From the NCBI GenBank assembly GCA_024679065.1, contig JAGIQG010000011.1:47740001-47804000 (forward strand): a stretch of 64,000 nucleotides of DNA, given 5' to 3'. The position numbers and the translations under genes are program-made. The notes beneath the pieces are model-generated. The model searched no databases, was not told the origin of the DNA, and saw nothing but the letters and a program-made list of their open reading frames with translations. This document shows, one piece after another, positions 23,470-37,758 of this stretch. Positions within the stretch are counted from its first letter, which is position 1; every line of letters starts with the position of its first letter. Source of the DNA: Sphyrna mokarran (lineage: Eukaryota).

Positions 23470-23700
23470 TTTATACTGCAATTAAGTAACTGTGAAAATC
23501 CCCTAGTCGTGTCACTCTGGTGCGTGTTCAGGGACACCGAAAGAGAATTTAGCATGGCCAATGCACTTAACTAGCACGTCTTTTGGACTGTGGAAAGAAA
23601 CATTTGTAGATGGGGAAAAACATGCAGATTTCACACAATGGTCCAAGCCAGGAATTGAACCTGGATCCTGACACTATAAGCACTGTGTCACCATGTCATC
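23470..23700 (-). mobile_element. HE1-related SINE, variant tail
   Basis: Head like HE1; tail gactaggggattttcacagt shared with the 33045 and 58600 copies. Confidence 0.7.
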
Positions 23701-24749
23701 CATAAGAAACCGATGGAGAGAGAGAAAACAAGTACTTGTTAGAAAGATGATGCCAGTGTAAAGAGAAATAATGCATAGAATGTCTCACTACTCAAGTGCT
23801 AGGACCTTTCAATGTTGAGGCCACTATCATTTTTAATGTATAACAATGACATCAATTCTGAAACCATGGCAAATTTGACCAACTTGCAATGTGATACACA
23901 GATACGTGGTAAGTGCGTATAGAGTGCCAACCCAGCGCTAATTGATCCTTTGGGGAATTTATGGTCCAGTAATTTACGCCCGTCCAAAGTCCAGGACCGG
24001 AATCAAATGAGAAATTCCTTCACAGAAATTAGCACGCTGAAGACTGATGCTGCAGAATTCAACAAGTGGTATTGACTTCACATGATGAGATAGGTAAATG
24101 TAGATGAATCAGTCCTGCAGGCAATGGTACAAAATTTCCAGCAGAAGCAACGTATATGGGGTCAGGTGTTAAATCTGGGCATAGCCACTTCTCTTTGAGG
24201 CTGCCAGTTAGATGGTAAACCGTGAACTGATCTTTACAGTCCAGCAAACTGATATTACTATTTCCACAAGTCAAAGGCATGACTTCCAGCTCTCCATACT
24301 GCCTTTGACAAGGGATGAGTATCTCTTGTCTGGGTCCCTGAGATTATTAAATATCTCTCCTATTAAGGATAGGAAGGAAGGTTGCAGGGCCCTTTGTCTT
24401 AGGAGATGACCAGACCATCCTGTTTTGTGAAATGCAGATGGTCTTCCATAGCTTTCTTTGAATTCGGCGAGTACAGCCTACAAGCAGTTGTTTTTGGCTC
24501 CCTGGAGATAACAATGTGTGAGTTTCCTCGATATTGCCAGGTAGCTTCTTTTGTTCAGGGTTACATGCAGACATCGGTTCAGCTAATTTTTAAGGTCGTT
24601 GTCCAGCTATAAACACTTTAGAAATAGCCATGATGATATTTATAAATCTTTTATAAAAAAATATAGTGCGAGGTTTTAGACCCCCCTCACAAAGACTTGG
24701 TCGAATATAGTTCTTTCCATGACCACCAGATTCAGAGTACCTTTCAGCT

Positions 24750-25120
24750 GATGAAGCACCTTTGAAGGGTTGTCTTTGTTACAATGCAGTTTGCGCAGCA
24801 GGTAATTTGCACACAGAAAACTCCCACAAACAATAAGGAACAGAGAATCTGTTTTTGTGATGTTGATTGAAGGCTAGGTATGGGCCAGGGCACTGGGTGG
24901 AATGCCCGTGCTCTTCAATGAGATGGTGCCATGGAGACTTTTACATCCATCTGAGGTGGCAGATCTGATATCCCAACTGAAAAACTACACCTCCCACAGT
25001 ACAGCACTCCCTCAGTATGGCACTGGACTGTCAGGTTAGAGTTTTTGTTCAGGCCCTGGAGTGGAACTTGAATGCAGAACTCTGTGTCTCAGAGGCAAAA
25101 GTACCGAGCAACACTGACAC
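24750..25120 (-). mobile_element. DeuSINE remnant
   Basis: ctcccacaaacaa...ctgtttttgtgatgttgattga...cagcactccctcagta.ggcactgga.tgtcag; related to 3630-3925. Confidence 0.65.
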
Positions 25121-25762
25121 TATGATTGAACACATGATGTTTAAACAGTTGTTCAGTTCAAAACTTGAAATGTAAAGTGTACATCGGACTTCACGTTGCT
25201 TTCAGCTCAAAGAGCCCTTGTTTGAAATGCTGCTTTTGCATCAGTAATGCTTTTATCAGCTCACATGCTTGTAACCTTGGGGCCTTAAAATGGCATATTA
25301 CATCAGAGCGATAGATAAGAGACTGTAAATGAGGCCAAAAGTTAAGATGAAGTGTATTTAAACAGACAAGTTCACGGGTTTCAATTATTGTCACAGGGAT
25401 TGATCAAAGATTTGTAAAAAAAATCCAACTGCATTTTACAGAATTTTAAATGTCAACGACAAAAAGTTTGTATTTAGGTTTACCTGGTAGAATATGTTCA
25501 GTTTTAAACAATCAGCACAATAATTCTTTCATTCAAACTTCCTTCTATAGTACATGGTGTTAACAACTCTGATAAGATTAATCAATTTGAGCATTTACCT
25601 ACTACCAGGTTAAAATAATGACTTTTTTTTCCTAGTCTGTATCTGATCATGCGCAGAGATAATGCACTAACTAGGAATTTCCAGTCTGGAGTAACAGGTA
25701 CATGGATGTGAATTCCCTTGCCTTACATTTAGTTAGAGGCAAAGAATTCTTAACTGGAGTCC

Positions 25763-26095
25763 TAGAATCATAGAACTCTACAGTGCAGAAACAGGCCTTT
25801 TGGCCCATCAAGTCTGCATCGACCACAATCCAATCCAGGTGCTATCCTCACGTCCCTACACATTTTACCCGCTAATCTCTATAACCTACACATCTCAGCA
25901 CACTAAGAAGCAATTTTAGCATGGCCAATCAACCTAACACATCTTTGGACTGTGGAAGGAAACTGGAGCTAACTGGAGGAAACCCACGCAGACACAAGGA
26001 GAATGTGCAGACTCCACACAGACAGTGATCCGAGCTGGGAATCGAACCCAGGACCCTGGAGCTGTGAAGCAGCAGTGCTAACCACTGTGCCGCCA
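25763..26095 (-). mobile_element. HE1-type V-SINE
   Basis: ggcggcacagtggttagcactgctgcttcacagctccagggtcctgggttcgattccc on the minus strand. Confidence 0.88.
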
Positions 26096-26189
26096 ATAAC
26101 AGAAGAAACACATCCTGCTTTATAAGCGGTATATAAATTGACCTGACACATAAGCTGATCTTCTTTTTCCAGCCCTAAAAGCAATGTTT

Positions 26190-28640
26190 CTATATATACT
26201 GATAGTTTCAGTGGGGCTTGGGGCTCATGTTGCGTGCATTTCCCCTGGCCGTTCAACGACCCCCAGGGAAGAACCAACCCCCATAATGTCGCTCTGGTTT
26301 CTGTGCCATTCTCCTGCTGCATGGGCTCTATGGTTTATTGCTGACATTGAATCACAATCCTGCTAATAGTTACAAGAATCAGGTCTGGCACCAGTCGCCT
26401 CCAGTCAAAAGAGCTCAACAGCTATTGACATGGCTCTTCACACCACGTGGACTCTGCAGTGCTCCCTACAGTGGTCACCCATCGCCTAAAGGTTGCCACC
26501 ATCTGTCTGAACTTTAAGGTGTTCCTGGAAGCCAGTGCAGCAGAAGACCAGGTGGGTGCACTCATGTCTATGCTTCAAGGGTTCCCAATGGGGACTTCTT
26601 GCTGCCACCCTTACGTCACCTGTGCCCATGTGGCAAAGATGTGTCAAAGATCAGCACCCCGTTGAGATGGCACATAGCACCAGCAATGGTGCCAGGTTGT
26701 CAGCATCAAGACTCATGGTGACAAGGATAATTGGGAGGGACTGAGCTACTTGGGATGGAGAATATTACGGGCTCTCTCTATCTCCTTCTCTCTCCTTTCT
26801 GCTCCCTCTCCCTGCCCCCACCAAGGATGGGTTTCTCGTGGGCCCCATATGATCATGGTGTGCCCTTTTCATCAGAAAGGGTTCCACTCCCTTAATGTGC
26901 AGATAGCGTGTGGCCACCTAGCTGATACAGCACCCAGAGAGCACGCACAATAGCTACATCCTGAGGAGTTTGGATATCCCTGGAGACAGGCCACGCTGCT
27001 GGGATGGCTCATGGAGACATGGGCTAATGGCTGATGGCCCCAGTGTGGAGGCCCGAGACCAAGGCACAGACCTATTATAATGAGGTCCAGGCTGCCACCC
27101 AGTCCATTGTTGAACAGCGCATCAGGTTCATGAAGATGTGGTTCTGAGGCCAGGCCTGCTGTGGCAAGACCCTCCAGTACAGCCCCTTGAGAATCTCCTG
27201 CATCATCGTGGTCTATTGTGCACTTCACAACCTCACACAGCAATGGGAAGACATCCTGGAGGAAGAAGTCTAGGCAGATGCCCCTGGAAAAGAAGGAGAC
27301 AACGCAGAAGGATGTAAAGGATGAAGAGGAGGAGGAGGAGAATGGAGGACAGGAGGTGGCAAGGGTTTGGCAGAGCAGGACAGTGATGGGGAGCCTCATT
27401 GCAGCAAGGTTCACCAACTGGGAAGTGTGGTGTACTGCCATCCACACCAACACATCCACAATCCCCACCATGAGTACCGTTAACATCACAGTAGAGTGAT
27501 GGGCCTGGGTTGGCCGTGTTATTGAATTACTAGACCAGATTTCAGGGTGATGACAACTTGTTATGGTATAGTTCAGCACAAGAAATCTGACTCCTAACCT
27601 GTTCTTGGCAGGCATCCCCTTGAGGGCTGGTACCTGGAAGCCCAGGCTGACTTTTGGATGTTACAAATAACACCCTTTTTTTGGCCCACTTACCATGATA
27701 TGCACCAGAGTCAGAGAGGGGAATACAGAAAGGCTAGGGATGCCTGGCCTCCTGGGATGAAAGGCCCTGGAATGGGCTTCTTCCTCCTGAGGAGTGCCCT
27801 TGAGCCTGAGGCACTCTATGGGACAGTGGAGCGGCTAGAGGGAACTCCAGAGGCCTTTACAGTCACCTGGCTCTGCCAGTTCTAGTGGTCCAACTCCATT
27901 GCACGTGAGCCCTCGGAGTTGGTCCTCTGAATCAGGATCAAGGTCTGCACTCCCTCAACGACAGCCATCTGAGACTGGGCCAAGCTCTTGAGCCCGCAGC
28001 CATAGCATGCTGCGACTGGGTCATTCAAAGCCTGCAGCCATGACCCACTGATTCTTGAGGATGCTCCTGAGGCATTCAAATCACAGTCCTCTTGGACTTG
28101 GCCATGCCTTGGATTCTGCTACCCATGGCAACCATTTTCTGCTCCAGGCTTTCTTGCCATCTTCACAGTGCCAGTTTGGACATCATGCAATACCTGCATT
28201 ATCTACAGTGCTTGAAGACTGTAGGACTCCTCAAAACTGCCTTGCAGTTGCTGGGATATCCCTGAGAGCCCCACTCCCGGCTCTGCCTCTACATCTCCAG
28301 TAGCTTCAGGAGAACTGATCCCAGAGGATTGGCACCTGGCTGCAGGTCAGCTGTCTCCTTGGTTCCAGGTGACCTCCACTTGACTGGACCTTTGGACATT
28401 CCCAGCCATATGATGTGCTTCTACGGCTATGTAGTGCTCACCACAGAACGTCCCTGAAGCCTCACTGCTAACATGTCCCGTCCGTGGTGATTGTATCTGC
28501 ACTACTGGATTGTGCAGTTGATGCCTGTGCCAATTGGCAGGTTTCTTCAGTGCTTTTCTCCAAGATTTTCTCGGACATTCCCTCTGGGGTATTGATGGGG
28601 GTCGTACTAGTGGTTCAGGGTGGGGCATCAACCCCTAATA
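26190..28640 (+). mobile_element. Decayed PIF/Harbinger DNA transposon (HARBI1-like transposase on +; probable Myb/SANT-like second ORF remnant on - at ~27700-28630)
   Basis: Frameshifted motifs QKGFHSLNVQIAC (26870s) and LQYSPLRISCIIVVYCALHN followed by an acidic EEEE tract (27170-27340); GC-richer than the flanks. Confidence 0.8.
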
Positions 28641-30325
28641 GCCTATCCAGATTGGAATCATGACACAAATCAATTCTGCCTGCCTAGAAAACCTGGATCC
28701 ATTACAGTTTGCCTACTGCTGCAACAGATCTATAATAAACATCACCTCCCTGGCTCTGCACTCAACCCTGGAACACTTAGGTCACAAAGGCACTTATGTC
28801 AGAGTCCTACTTATCCACTATAGCTCAGGTTTCAACAACAATTATTTCGACGAAACTCATCTCCGAACTTCATGACCTGCGGCTCTTCATGACAATTCAA
28901 ATGACTTCATAATGATAGATGTCAGAGCCACCGGATGATGGTCATTAAGGCACGCTGCCTGGCTTTTCTTTGGGATGATGTTCATCTTCTTGCAGCAGTT
29001 AGAGACCTCAGACTGTTGTAAAGAGAGGTTGAAGATGTCTACGAATGCCCCCAGCTGGCCTGCGCAGGATCTGAGTGTTCATCCGGGTATTCCATCAGGG
29101 CCAATCACTTTGTGGGTCAACCTCCAAAAAAGCTGCTCTGACATATGCAATGGTGATCTCAGATACAGATTCGTCCAAGGCTTCTGGGATGGAGGAATCG
29201 GTAATAAAAACAGAAAATTTTGAATAAACTCAGCAGGTCTGATAGCATCTGTGGAGAGAAATAGAATTAATGGCTGTGATTTACACAAAAAAAAAAGGAG
29301 GAATTTTCCCTGGGCAATTGGATCCTGAACTTCCTAACCAACAGACCACAATTATTAAGGATTGTCAACAACTTCCTCCACAATCATCTTCAACACAATG
29401 CCCCATAAGGCTGTGTTCTCATCCCCCTACTATACCCCTTATACACCTATGACTGTATGACCAAATTCCCCCAACTCAAGTTATCAAGTTTGCTGATGAA
29501 ATCCAACCCACTATGGCGGTATCAAACGATGATGAGATGGAGTCCAAGAAAGAGATAAAGAATCTGGTGAACTGATGCAACAAAAATAATGTCAACAAAA
29601 CGAAGGAGATAGTCACTGACTTCAGGAAGCATAGTGGAAGACATGCCCCTGGCTACATCAATGGGAAGAAAGAAGAGATGGTCAAGAGCTCTAAGTTTTT
29701 AGGTGTTCAGATCACCAACAACCTATCCTGGTCCTTCCATGCCAACACTATAGTTAAAAAAGTCCACCAACGCCTCTACTTTCTTGGAAGAGTAAGGGAA
29801 TTTGGCATGTCCACTACAACTTTCACCAACTTTTACAGATGCACCACAGAAAGCATTTTTTCTGGTAGTATCACAGCTTCTTGATACCACAGCTCCTGTT
29901 CTGTCCAAGACCACAAGAAATTACAAAAAGGTCATGAATAAAGCCTAGTCCATCACTCAAACCAGCCTCCCATCCATTGACTCCATTTACAATTCCCGCT
30001 TCCTTGGCAAAGCAATCAGCATAATTAAGGACCTCACATACCCTGACACACTCTCTTCTACCTTCTTCCATCAAGAAAGACATACAAAAGTCTGAGGATA
30101 TGTACCAACTGACTCAAGAACAGCTTCTTCTCTACTGCCATCAGACTACTAATGGACCTACCTAGGATTAGGTTGGTCTTTCTCTACACACTAGCTACGA
30201 TTGTAACACTACATTCTGTGCACTCTCCTTTCTTTCTCTATGTATAGTATGCTTTGGCTGTATAGTGCCAAGAAACAATACTTGTCACTGTATGCTAATA
30301 CATGTGATAATAATAAATCAAATCA
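28640..30325 (+). mobile_element. Rex1/Babar-clade LINE, degraded and internally rearranged
   Basis: LDPLQFAY..NRS....SLALH..LEHL..KGTYVR, KFADE, KFLGVQITNNLSW...K..QRLYFL motifs; tail ataataaatcaaatcaa; inverted segment at 28890-29170. Confidence 0.8.
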
Positions 30326-33044
30326 ATGTTGGATGGTGAAGACAATGAATTCAATGAGTTTTATAATGCTTCAATTGTAGTTAATGTATCTCGGTCGAGG
30401 TAATTCATTCGATAAACCATGCCATATTATTTTAATATGATGTAATTTTTTTCACATTTCAAAATCACCCGCATTGGCAGTTCATATTTTCTACTAAGTG
30501 TATAAGTTGACCCCAATTTTTGAAAGGAGTTTGGAGGCTTCAGAGGTCTATATATACCTGGAGAAGTTTCACTTTTGTTGCTGGGATCTATGCACAGCTT
30601 CATTTTTCCAATGAGCCATCAGAGCTCCTTGGCTGATCTTAAATGTTGAGCCTTAAAAGCTAACTCCTGTGCCAAACATAGGATGAAGGCCAGTAGCAAG
30701 AAACATAGCATGAACAATGTTACGCATAATTTGGTATTATTAGCCTATGTCCATTCACATACGGGCAGATGCATGTTGTATGACATAGCTCGCTGATTAC
30801 AAGTGTTCCTCTTGAGCAATACTCCTGTAAACTCCAAATCCATCAAAAATGCATTTGTGTTTGTTGGAAAATCCAGCTAATATTCTGGAATCAAAAAGTT
30901 GTTGTAATTACACATGTGCTAGCCAATGTTTCTGAATGAAATTGCTGAATTGAAGCCAGTGTATTTTTGTAGACAGATATTGTAGGAAATATTAAAATCA
31001 AGAAATAACAGATATATTTAAGGGGAAGTTAGGTAGGTACATCAGGGAGAAAAGATTAGGGTGGATGGATTTTATGGGTTGAGAAGAAGTTGGGTGGGAG
31101 AGGAGCTGCATGGAGTATAAACAATATCATTGATCTTTTGAGCCAGATAGCCTATTTCTAGACTGTAAATTAAATGTAAAAAGTTATTCTCCCTCAGATC
31201 ACCTATTCAACATATTCAAATTTATTAAGACATTACTCGTGTTAATGTTTGCATGTGTCTAACATATGAAAAATCAATTTCTTTAAAGTTTTTTGTTTAC
31301 AAATTAATTCTTTCACTCCCTGAAGAAGTACTAGTCACATTGTTTTGTTTAAGATAATTCTGCCATCAGTCTGAGTGACTGACCGTATATTTCATTACCT
31401 GTGTTCTCAAAATTAAGTTAACTAACTGCAGTCCAGTTCTCCTCTGTATTGGTTGTACAAAGACAACAATCCATTTGGCACAGCCTATATCTCTTCCCTC
31501 TGAGACTTGAAACAATTGGATTTGTAACTCCCTTCCTTGCTTACCTACTTAATAAGGGGTAAACTGTATGACTTGTTCAGGGCCGATCTAGATGCTACCA
31601 TTCATTCCCTTGCAGCCCTAAAATGGGAAGGGTGTCTATTAAAGATGGTATGTAATATGCTCACATACATCTACTTGATAATAGCATGCAATATTGGAAA
31701 AAGATGGTTTTTAATGACAATGCTATGCTTGAGATTGCACATTTGACAGAAAGCATTTTAAATCATTAACAAGATACATTTAACATCTGATCTGATTCTA
31801 AACACAAGAAATAAATATGACAATCATTGAGTCCAAAAACTTTGATACACTACAAAATCATTCTGCTTCCTGAAGTGCCTCTATTTGGAGATTTCAATCT
31901 TCTAAATATATTGTTTCTTGCCCATTTGGCCATTATTTTTAAATGCCTTCTGAGAACAAATGCTTGATAGAGGTCTTTAAATTATGAGGGGCTTTAATAG
32001 GGCAGGTGTGGGGAGAAAGCTTTCTCTAACAGTGTCCAAAACTAGGGACCATAGAAACAAGATACTTGAGTGAATAATAAATCCAACAGAGAAATTCAAG
32101 AGAAGCCTCATTATGTAGGAATGGTTAGAATGTGCAACACGTCTACGATGAAGACTCATTTATGCAGATACCATAGATGCATTTGAAGGGAAATTTGATA
32201 AATATATGAGTAAAAAAATTTTTAGACTAGAAAGATTACACAGAGGGGAATGGACAATGCCTTTTTTTAAACCAAGAGAAATTTTACTTCAAGAGTACAA
32301 ACCATACTGAAGAAACACCAAAGCAGCAAAAAAAAAAGGAGGCCTAACTGCAGCATAAACACAGGTAAAGCTCTGTTGGGTTATATGTGTGCTGTGAATT
32401 TGATGCATTAACTATTTTGTTAGGACTAAATTAACCAAAGTACGTTTTAGTTTGTCAAAATATCAAAGCGAGAAGCACACATGAATTTTCCATGTGGAAG
32501 CAGAAGACAGATTTATAAAACAGAAAATCAATGCAGCATTGATTTGTTTTTCTCTGGAATAAGTATTCCCAGCTGACCACAGCTTCTTTTTCCAAATATT
32601 GCATCACATTGGATGATCAAGTCCATATGAGATTAAACCTAATCCACAAACCATTTGATAAACATTACACTTCCACACATTATAAATCTACACACAGTCA
32701 CAGCAAACAGCTTCCTTAATAACAACCATATCTCTTACCAAAATAACCAGCAATGTAGAAAGTGAAAAAAGGATGAATTCATTTACTTACTTGAGAAATA
32801 TAAAGAAAAGGTAGTTAGAGATACCATTAGTTTTTATATATTCTTGGTCCTTAGAGAACAGTTAATATCTGGAGTACTTTTAAGTGTAAGAGTGAAACAT
32901 CAAAACATAAACCAGAATCAAAGAGATGTTTAAAATCAAGTTATTTTACAGTTAATAAAAGACCACTGCTGATGAGGAAAAGCCATTGAGCTCAGAATAT
33001 CTGCCATTACCCCCAATGTAGGTGTTGTAAGAGTGTTAAGGATG

Positions 33045-33315
33045 GAATGGTGCCATAGTGCCTCACTATGCATCAGAGGCCTGGATTCGATTCTAGCTTG
33101 GATCGCTATCTGTGCAGAGTCTACTTGTTCTCCCCATGTCTGCGTAGATTTCCTCTGGGTGCTCCGGTTTCCTCCCACAGTCTGAAAGATGTGCTGGTTA
33201 GGTGCATGCTAAATTCTCTCTCACTGTACCTGAACAGATGCCGGAATGTGATGACTAGGGGATTTTCAGAGTAACTTTATTGCAGTAAACGTACTTGTGA
33301 CAGTTATAAATAAAC
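33045..33315 (+). mobile_element. HE1-related SINE, variant tail
   Basis: V-domain tctccccatgtctgcgtag.tttcctctgggtgctccggtttcctcccacagtc. Confidence 0.8.
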
Positions 33316-35659
33316 AATTATAATTGTAGGACTTGGGTGAAGTTATTCATACTTTCCAATCTGTTACCAATGTGCTGCATGCCTACCGTTTGCTGTGTAA
33401 TGAGCTCCCTCCAATGTCTTGAATCCCAAATAGTCCAGAACGGTTTTCAACTTCTCTTCAATCACCAAAAGCCAATTCCCATTAACCAGTGGACCAAAAT
33501 TCCAACTTGGCCTAATCATTAAAGCATTCACCAAAATCTGTCAATTGAAACCTCATGGCTGAAAATGAAGACGCATATGTTTTAATTCAAGGAGAAAAGT
33601 GCTCAATTGAGACTAAAATAAATTCTGCCCAGAGTTCTGCAAATGTGCCAGCAGTCCTGTTACAGGACAGGCGGTGGCACCCAGCGTTAGCTTTGGGAGC
33701 AGCAGCCAACTACTAGTTGCTTCCAAGTCTGCCGTCATATTGAAGCTGGTGGCATACCTCCAGAGCTGCTGGCCCAACAGAGAGTTGCCAGTTGAACAGC
33801 CTGAGTGATGACCATTGCTGGGACTGCAACTAAAGGATGACAGTGCATAAATGATTGAACCCTCAAATGGAAATAAATGGAGTGGCTCTGGGACAGAGGC
33901 AGGGTAGGTAAGTCACTGTAGGAAGGTGGTGCTATTGCTATGATGGCATTAGTGACCAAAAATGACAGTCATTTTTTTCTTTAAAGAATATATGACTGAA
34001 AAAGGATATATGGTAGCTCATTTACAGCCCAAGCCTTTTAATTACAATTTATTTGCTTTTGAACTTGAGAGTAAATATCAGTTTTTACAGGAGGCTATTT
34101 TTGGACAGGTAATGGAGCTGCACTTTACCATGTGCCCACTCAATGTCATCAGTCTAAGATCCACACTATTTTGATGGTTGAGTCCCAATTATTTCATTAG
34201 TGGATTGCACAAATGTTTCCAATGTTGGTCAACAGCCTACCCAGCACACTATTTTCTCCAGGATCAGAGCTCATTTTAAAGTGAATGTATCTGTTAAGTG
34301 GAATGTCATTAAATACTGGAAATCTTGCTTCTGTTGAATGCTGGCAGGTTGTTAAAGAGCCTCATGTTATAGGCATGGACCCAACAATTCTCCAGCAGAG
34401 AGGTGGCAGTAATCGTGGAATACGAGAGCAAATGGAGACAGGCAATATGAACTCCCATGGCACCACCCCTAGGATATGTGATATACTGCAAGAAGCAGCT
34501 GGAGTAGAAATAATCTTTTCCTGTGTGTGTTTCCCTGTATTAGATCTGAACATTTCCCTCCCCTTTTTTTTAACAAGCTTCTCCATCATTATAATAACTA
34601 ACAAGACGAGGAGGCTCCACACATATCCCCATCCTCAATGATGGGGGGAGCCCAGTAGATCAATGCAAATGTCATGACTAAAGCATCTGCAATGTCCCTC
34701 AGCCAGCAGTGCCAGGTGGATGATCCACCTTGGCCTAGAGTCAGAGTTATAGGGCGAAATGTTCCCATCCCGTCCACCACAGGAATTGTTACGGGCAGGA
34801 CACAAACTATGCAGAGTTTCATTGATCTCAGGCAGGATTCTCTGGCTTTGGAGCGAGTGTGGCTGGTAACACACTCCAAACCTATCCAGGTGCCAGCAAC
34901 AGGACTTAGTCCCAGATGGGAGAATTACACCAGACATTTCAGCAATAATACTTAAGATTTGTTCTCTCGAATTAGCTGTGCCCCCAATCGAGCTTTTCAA
35001 ATACAGCTACAATACTGGCATCAACCTGACAATGTGGATAGCTGTTCAGGTGTGTCCTGTCCACAAAAAGCAGGATAAATTTGACCCAAGTAATTACTAC
35101 TCCATCAGTCTACTCTCAATCATCAGTAAAGTGACAGAAAGTATAGTCAATAGTGTTATCAAACAATACTAACTCAGCAATAAGCTATTCTTTGATGTTC
35201 TATTTGGGATTTGCCAGTGCCACTCAGCTCCTACCCTCATTACAACCTTAGTTCAAACATGGCCAAAAGAAGTGAAATCCAGAAATGAGGAGAAAGCGAT
35301 TGCCTTTGATATTAATTCTACATTTGTCAACAGTGGCATCAAGGAGCCCGAGAAAAATTGAAGTCAATAGGGATTAGGGGAATTGATTGGAGTCATACCT
35401 TAGCACAGAGGAAGAAGTTTGTGGTTTCTGAAGACCAATTGCCTCAACATCCAGGACATCACTGAAGGTTTTTCTTTAGATGTCCAAAGTCCAACCATCT
35501 TCAGCTGCTTCATCAGTGACTTTTCTTCCATCATAAAGTCAGGAGTAGAGATATTCTCAGATGAATGTGCAATGTTCAGCACCATTCACACCTCCTTTAA
35601 CACTGAAAACCCTCCGCAAACTACAGTTTAATGTGGAAAAGTGGAGGCAAAGTGGAGGT

Positions 35660-37000
35660 ACTTTGTTGTGGGCAAAGTATTGGAAAAAATTATTAGGGAT
35701 AGGATTTATCGTTATTTAGAGAGAAACGAATTGATTGGGGATAGTCAGCATGGTTTTGGAAGGGTAGGTCATGCCTTACTAACCTTATTGAGTTTTTTGA
35801 AAAAGTGACCAAAGAGGTGGATGGGGGTAAGGCAGTTGATGTGATATATATGGACTTTAGTAAGGCATTCGATAAGGTGGCCCATGGAAGGCTTCTGCAG
35901 AAAATGCAGATGTATGGGATTGAGGGTGATTTAGCTAATTGGATTAGGAATTGGCTAGCAGATAGAAGACAGAGGGTGGTGGTTGATGGAAGATATTCAT
36001 CATGGAGTTTGGTTACAAGTGGTGTACCTCAGGGATCTGTTTTGGGGCCCCTGCTGTTTGTAATTTTTATAAATGATCTGGATGAGGGTATTGAAGGATG
36101 GATTAGTAAATTTGCGGATGACACCAAAGTCGGAGAGTGGTAGATAGTGAAGAGGGGTGTTCTAGTTTGCAGAGAGACTTGGACAAGTTGCAGAGCTGGG
36201 CCGAGAGGTGGCAAATGGAGTTTAATGCGGAAAAGCGTGAGGTAATTCACTTTGGCAGGAATAACAAATGTGTAGAGTATAGGGCTAATGGTAGGACTCT
36301 TAATAGTGTTGATGAACAGAGGGATCTTGGTGTATATGTGCATAGATCCCTGAAAGTAGGCAGTCAAGTCGAGAAGGTTGTTAAGAAGGCATATGGAGTC
36401 TTAGCTTTTATTGGTAGGGGGATTGATTTTCGGAGCCGCAACGTCATGTTGCAACTGTACAAAACTCTAGTGCGGCCGCACTTGGAGTATTGTGTGCAGT
36501 TCTGGTCCCCGCTTTATAAGAAAGATGTGGAGGCATTGGAGAGGGTACAGAGGAGGTTTACCAGGATGTTGCCTGGTATGGAGGGCAGGTCTTCTGAAGA
36601 GAGGCTGAGGGATTTGAGGTTGTTTTCGTTAGAAAGAAGGCGGCTAAGAGGAGACCTTATTGAAACATATAAGATGATTAGAGGTTTAGACAGGGTGGAC
36701 AGTGATAGCCTTTTTCCTAGGATGGAGAAAGCTAGCATGAGGGACATAGCTTTAAATTAAGGGGTGGTAGTTATAGGACGGATGTCAGAGGTAGGTTCTT
36801 TACCAGAGGGTGGTAAGGGTATGGAATGCCCTGCCTGCTGCAGTTGTAGATGCGCCAAGTTTGGTGGCGTTTAAGAGGTTAGTAGATAAATTTATGGATG
36901 AAAAGGGAATGGTTTAGGTTAGAGGGTCATTGCTTTTTCTTAATTGGTCGGCGCAACATCGAGGGCCGAAGGGCCTGTTCTGCGTTGTAATGTTCTATGT
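35660..37000 (+). mobile_element. Young 5'-truncated CR1/HER1-like LINE
   Basis: ORFs 35805 and 36137 are nearly identical to the 21603 and 54319 copies, in the opposite orientation. Confidence 0.95.
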
Positions 37001-37758
37001 AATTCATTTGGTAAGAGTAACTGGAGTACAGAGTATAGGGCTATCGTAAGGACTCTTAGTAGTGTTGACGAGCAGAGAGATCTCGGTGTACATGTGCATA
37101 GCTCCCTGAAAGTTGGCACTCAGGTTGATAAGGTTGTTAAGAAGACGTATGGTGTGTTAGCTTTTATTGGTAGAGGGATTGAATTTCGGAGCTGTGAGGT
37201 CATGTTGCAGCTGTACAAAACTCTGGTGCAGCCGCACTTGGAGTATTGCATACAGTTCAGGTTGCCACATTATAAGAAAGATGTGGAAGCATTAGAAAGG
37301 GTGCAGAAGAGCTTTATCAGGACGTTGCCTGGTATGGTGGGAAGGTCTTATGAGGAAAGGCTGAGGGACTTGAGATTATTTTCGTTAGAGAGAAGAAGGT
37401 TAAGAGATGACCTAATTGAGGCATCCAAGATGATCAGAGGGTTAGATAGGGTGGACAATAACAGCCTTTTTCCTCAGATGGTGATGGCTAACATGAGGGA
37501 ACAAAGATTTAAATTAAGAGGTGGTAGTTATAGGACGGATGTTAGATGGTAGGTTCTTTACTCAGAGGGTAGTAAGAGCATGGTATGCCCTGCCTGCAGC
37601 AGTTGTGAACTCACCAACTTTAAGGGCGTTCACATGGTCAGTGGACAGGCATTTGGATAACATTGGAATAGTTTAGGTTAGCGGGTCATCAGATTGCTTC
37701 CACTGGTCGGCGCAACATCGAGGACCGAAGGGCCTGTACTGCGCTGTAATGTTCTATG
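37001..37758 (+). mobile_element. CR1 3' portion of a related subfamily; its first ~40 bp lie at 35620-35650
   Basis: ORF 36944..37552; agtttaatgtggaaaagtg..gaggta / attcatttggta is split by the younger copy. Confidence 0.88.

Noticed and set aside
26872-27615. 247-aa ORF on the minus strand
   Set aside because: Antisense shadow of the decayed Harbinger transposase; the poly-Ser run mirrors the gag repeats.
30620-30825. Possible alternative exon with a hydrophobic tail (LCVTLFMLCFLLLAFILCL)
   Set aside because: The hydrophobic stretch is out of frame with the candidate acceptor, and the pyrimidine tract is weak.
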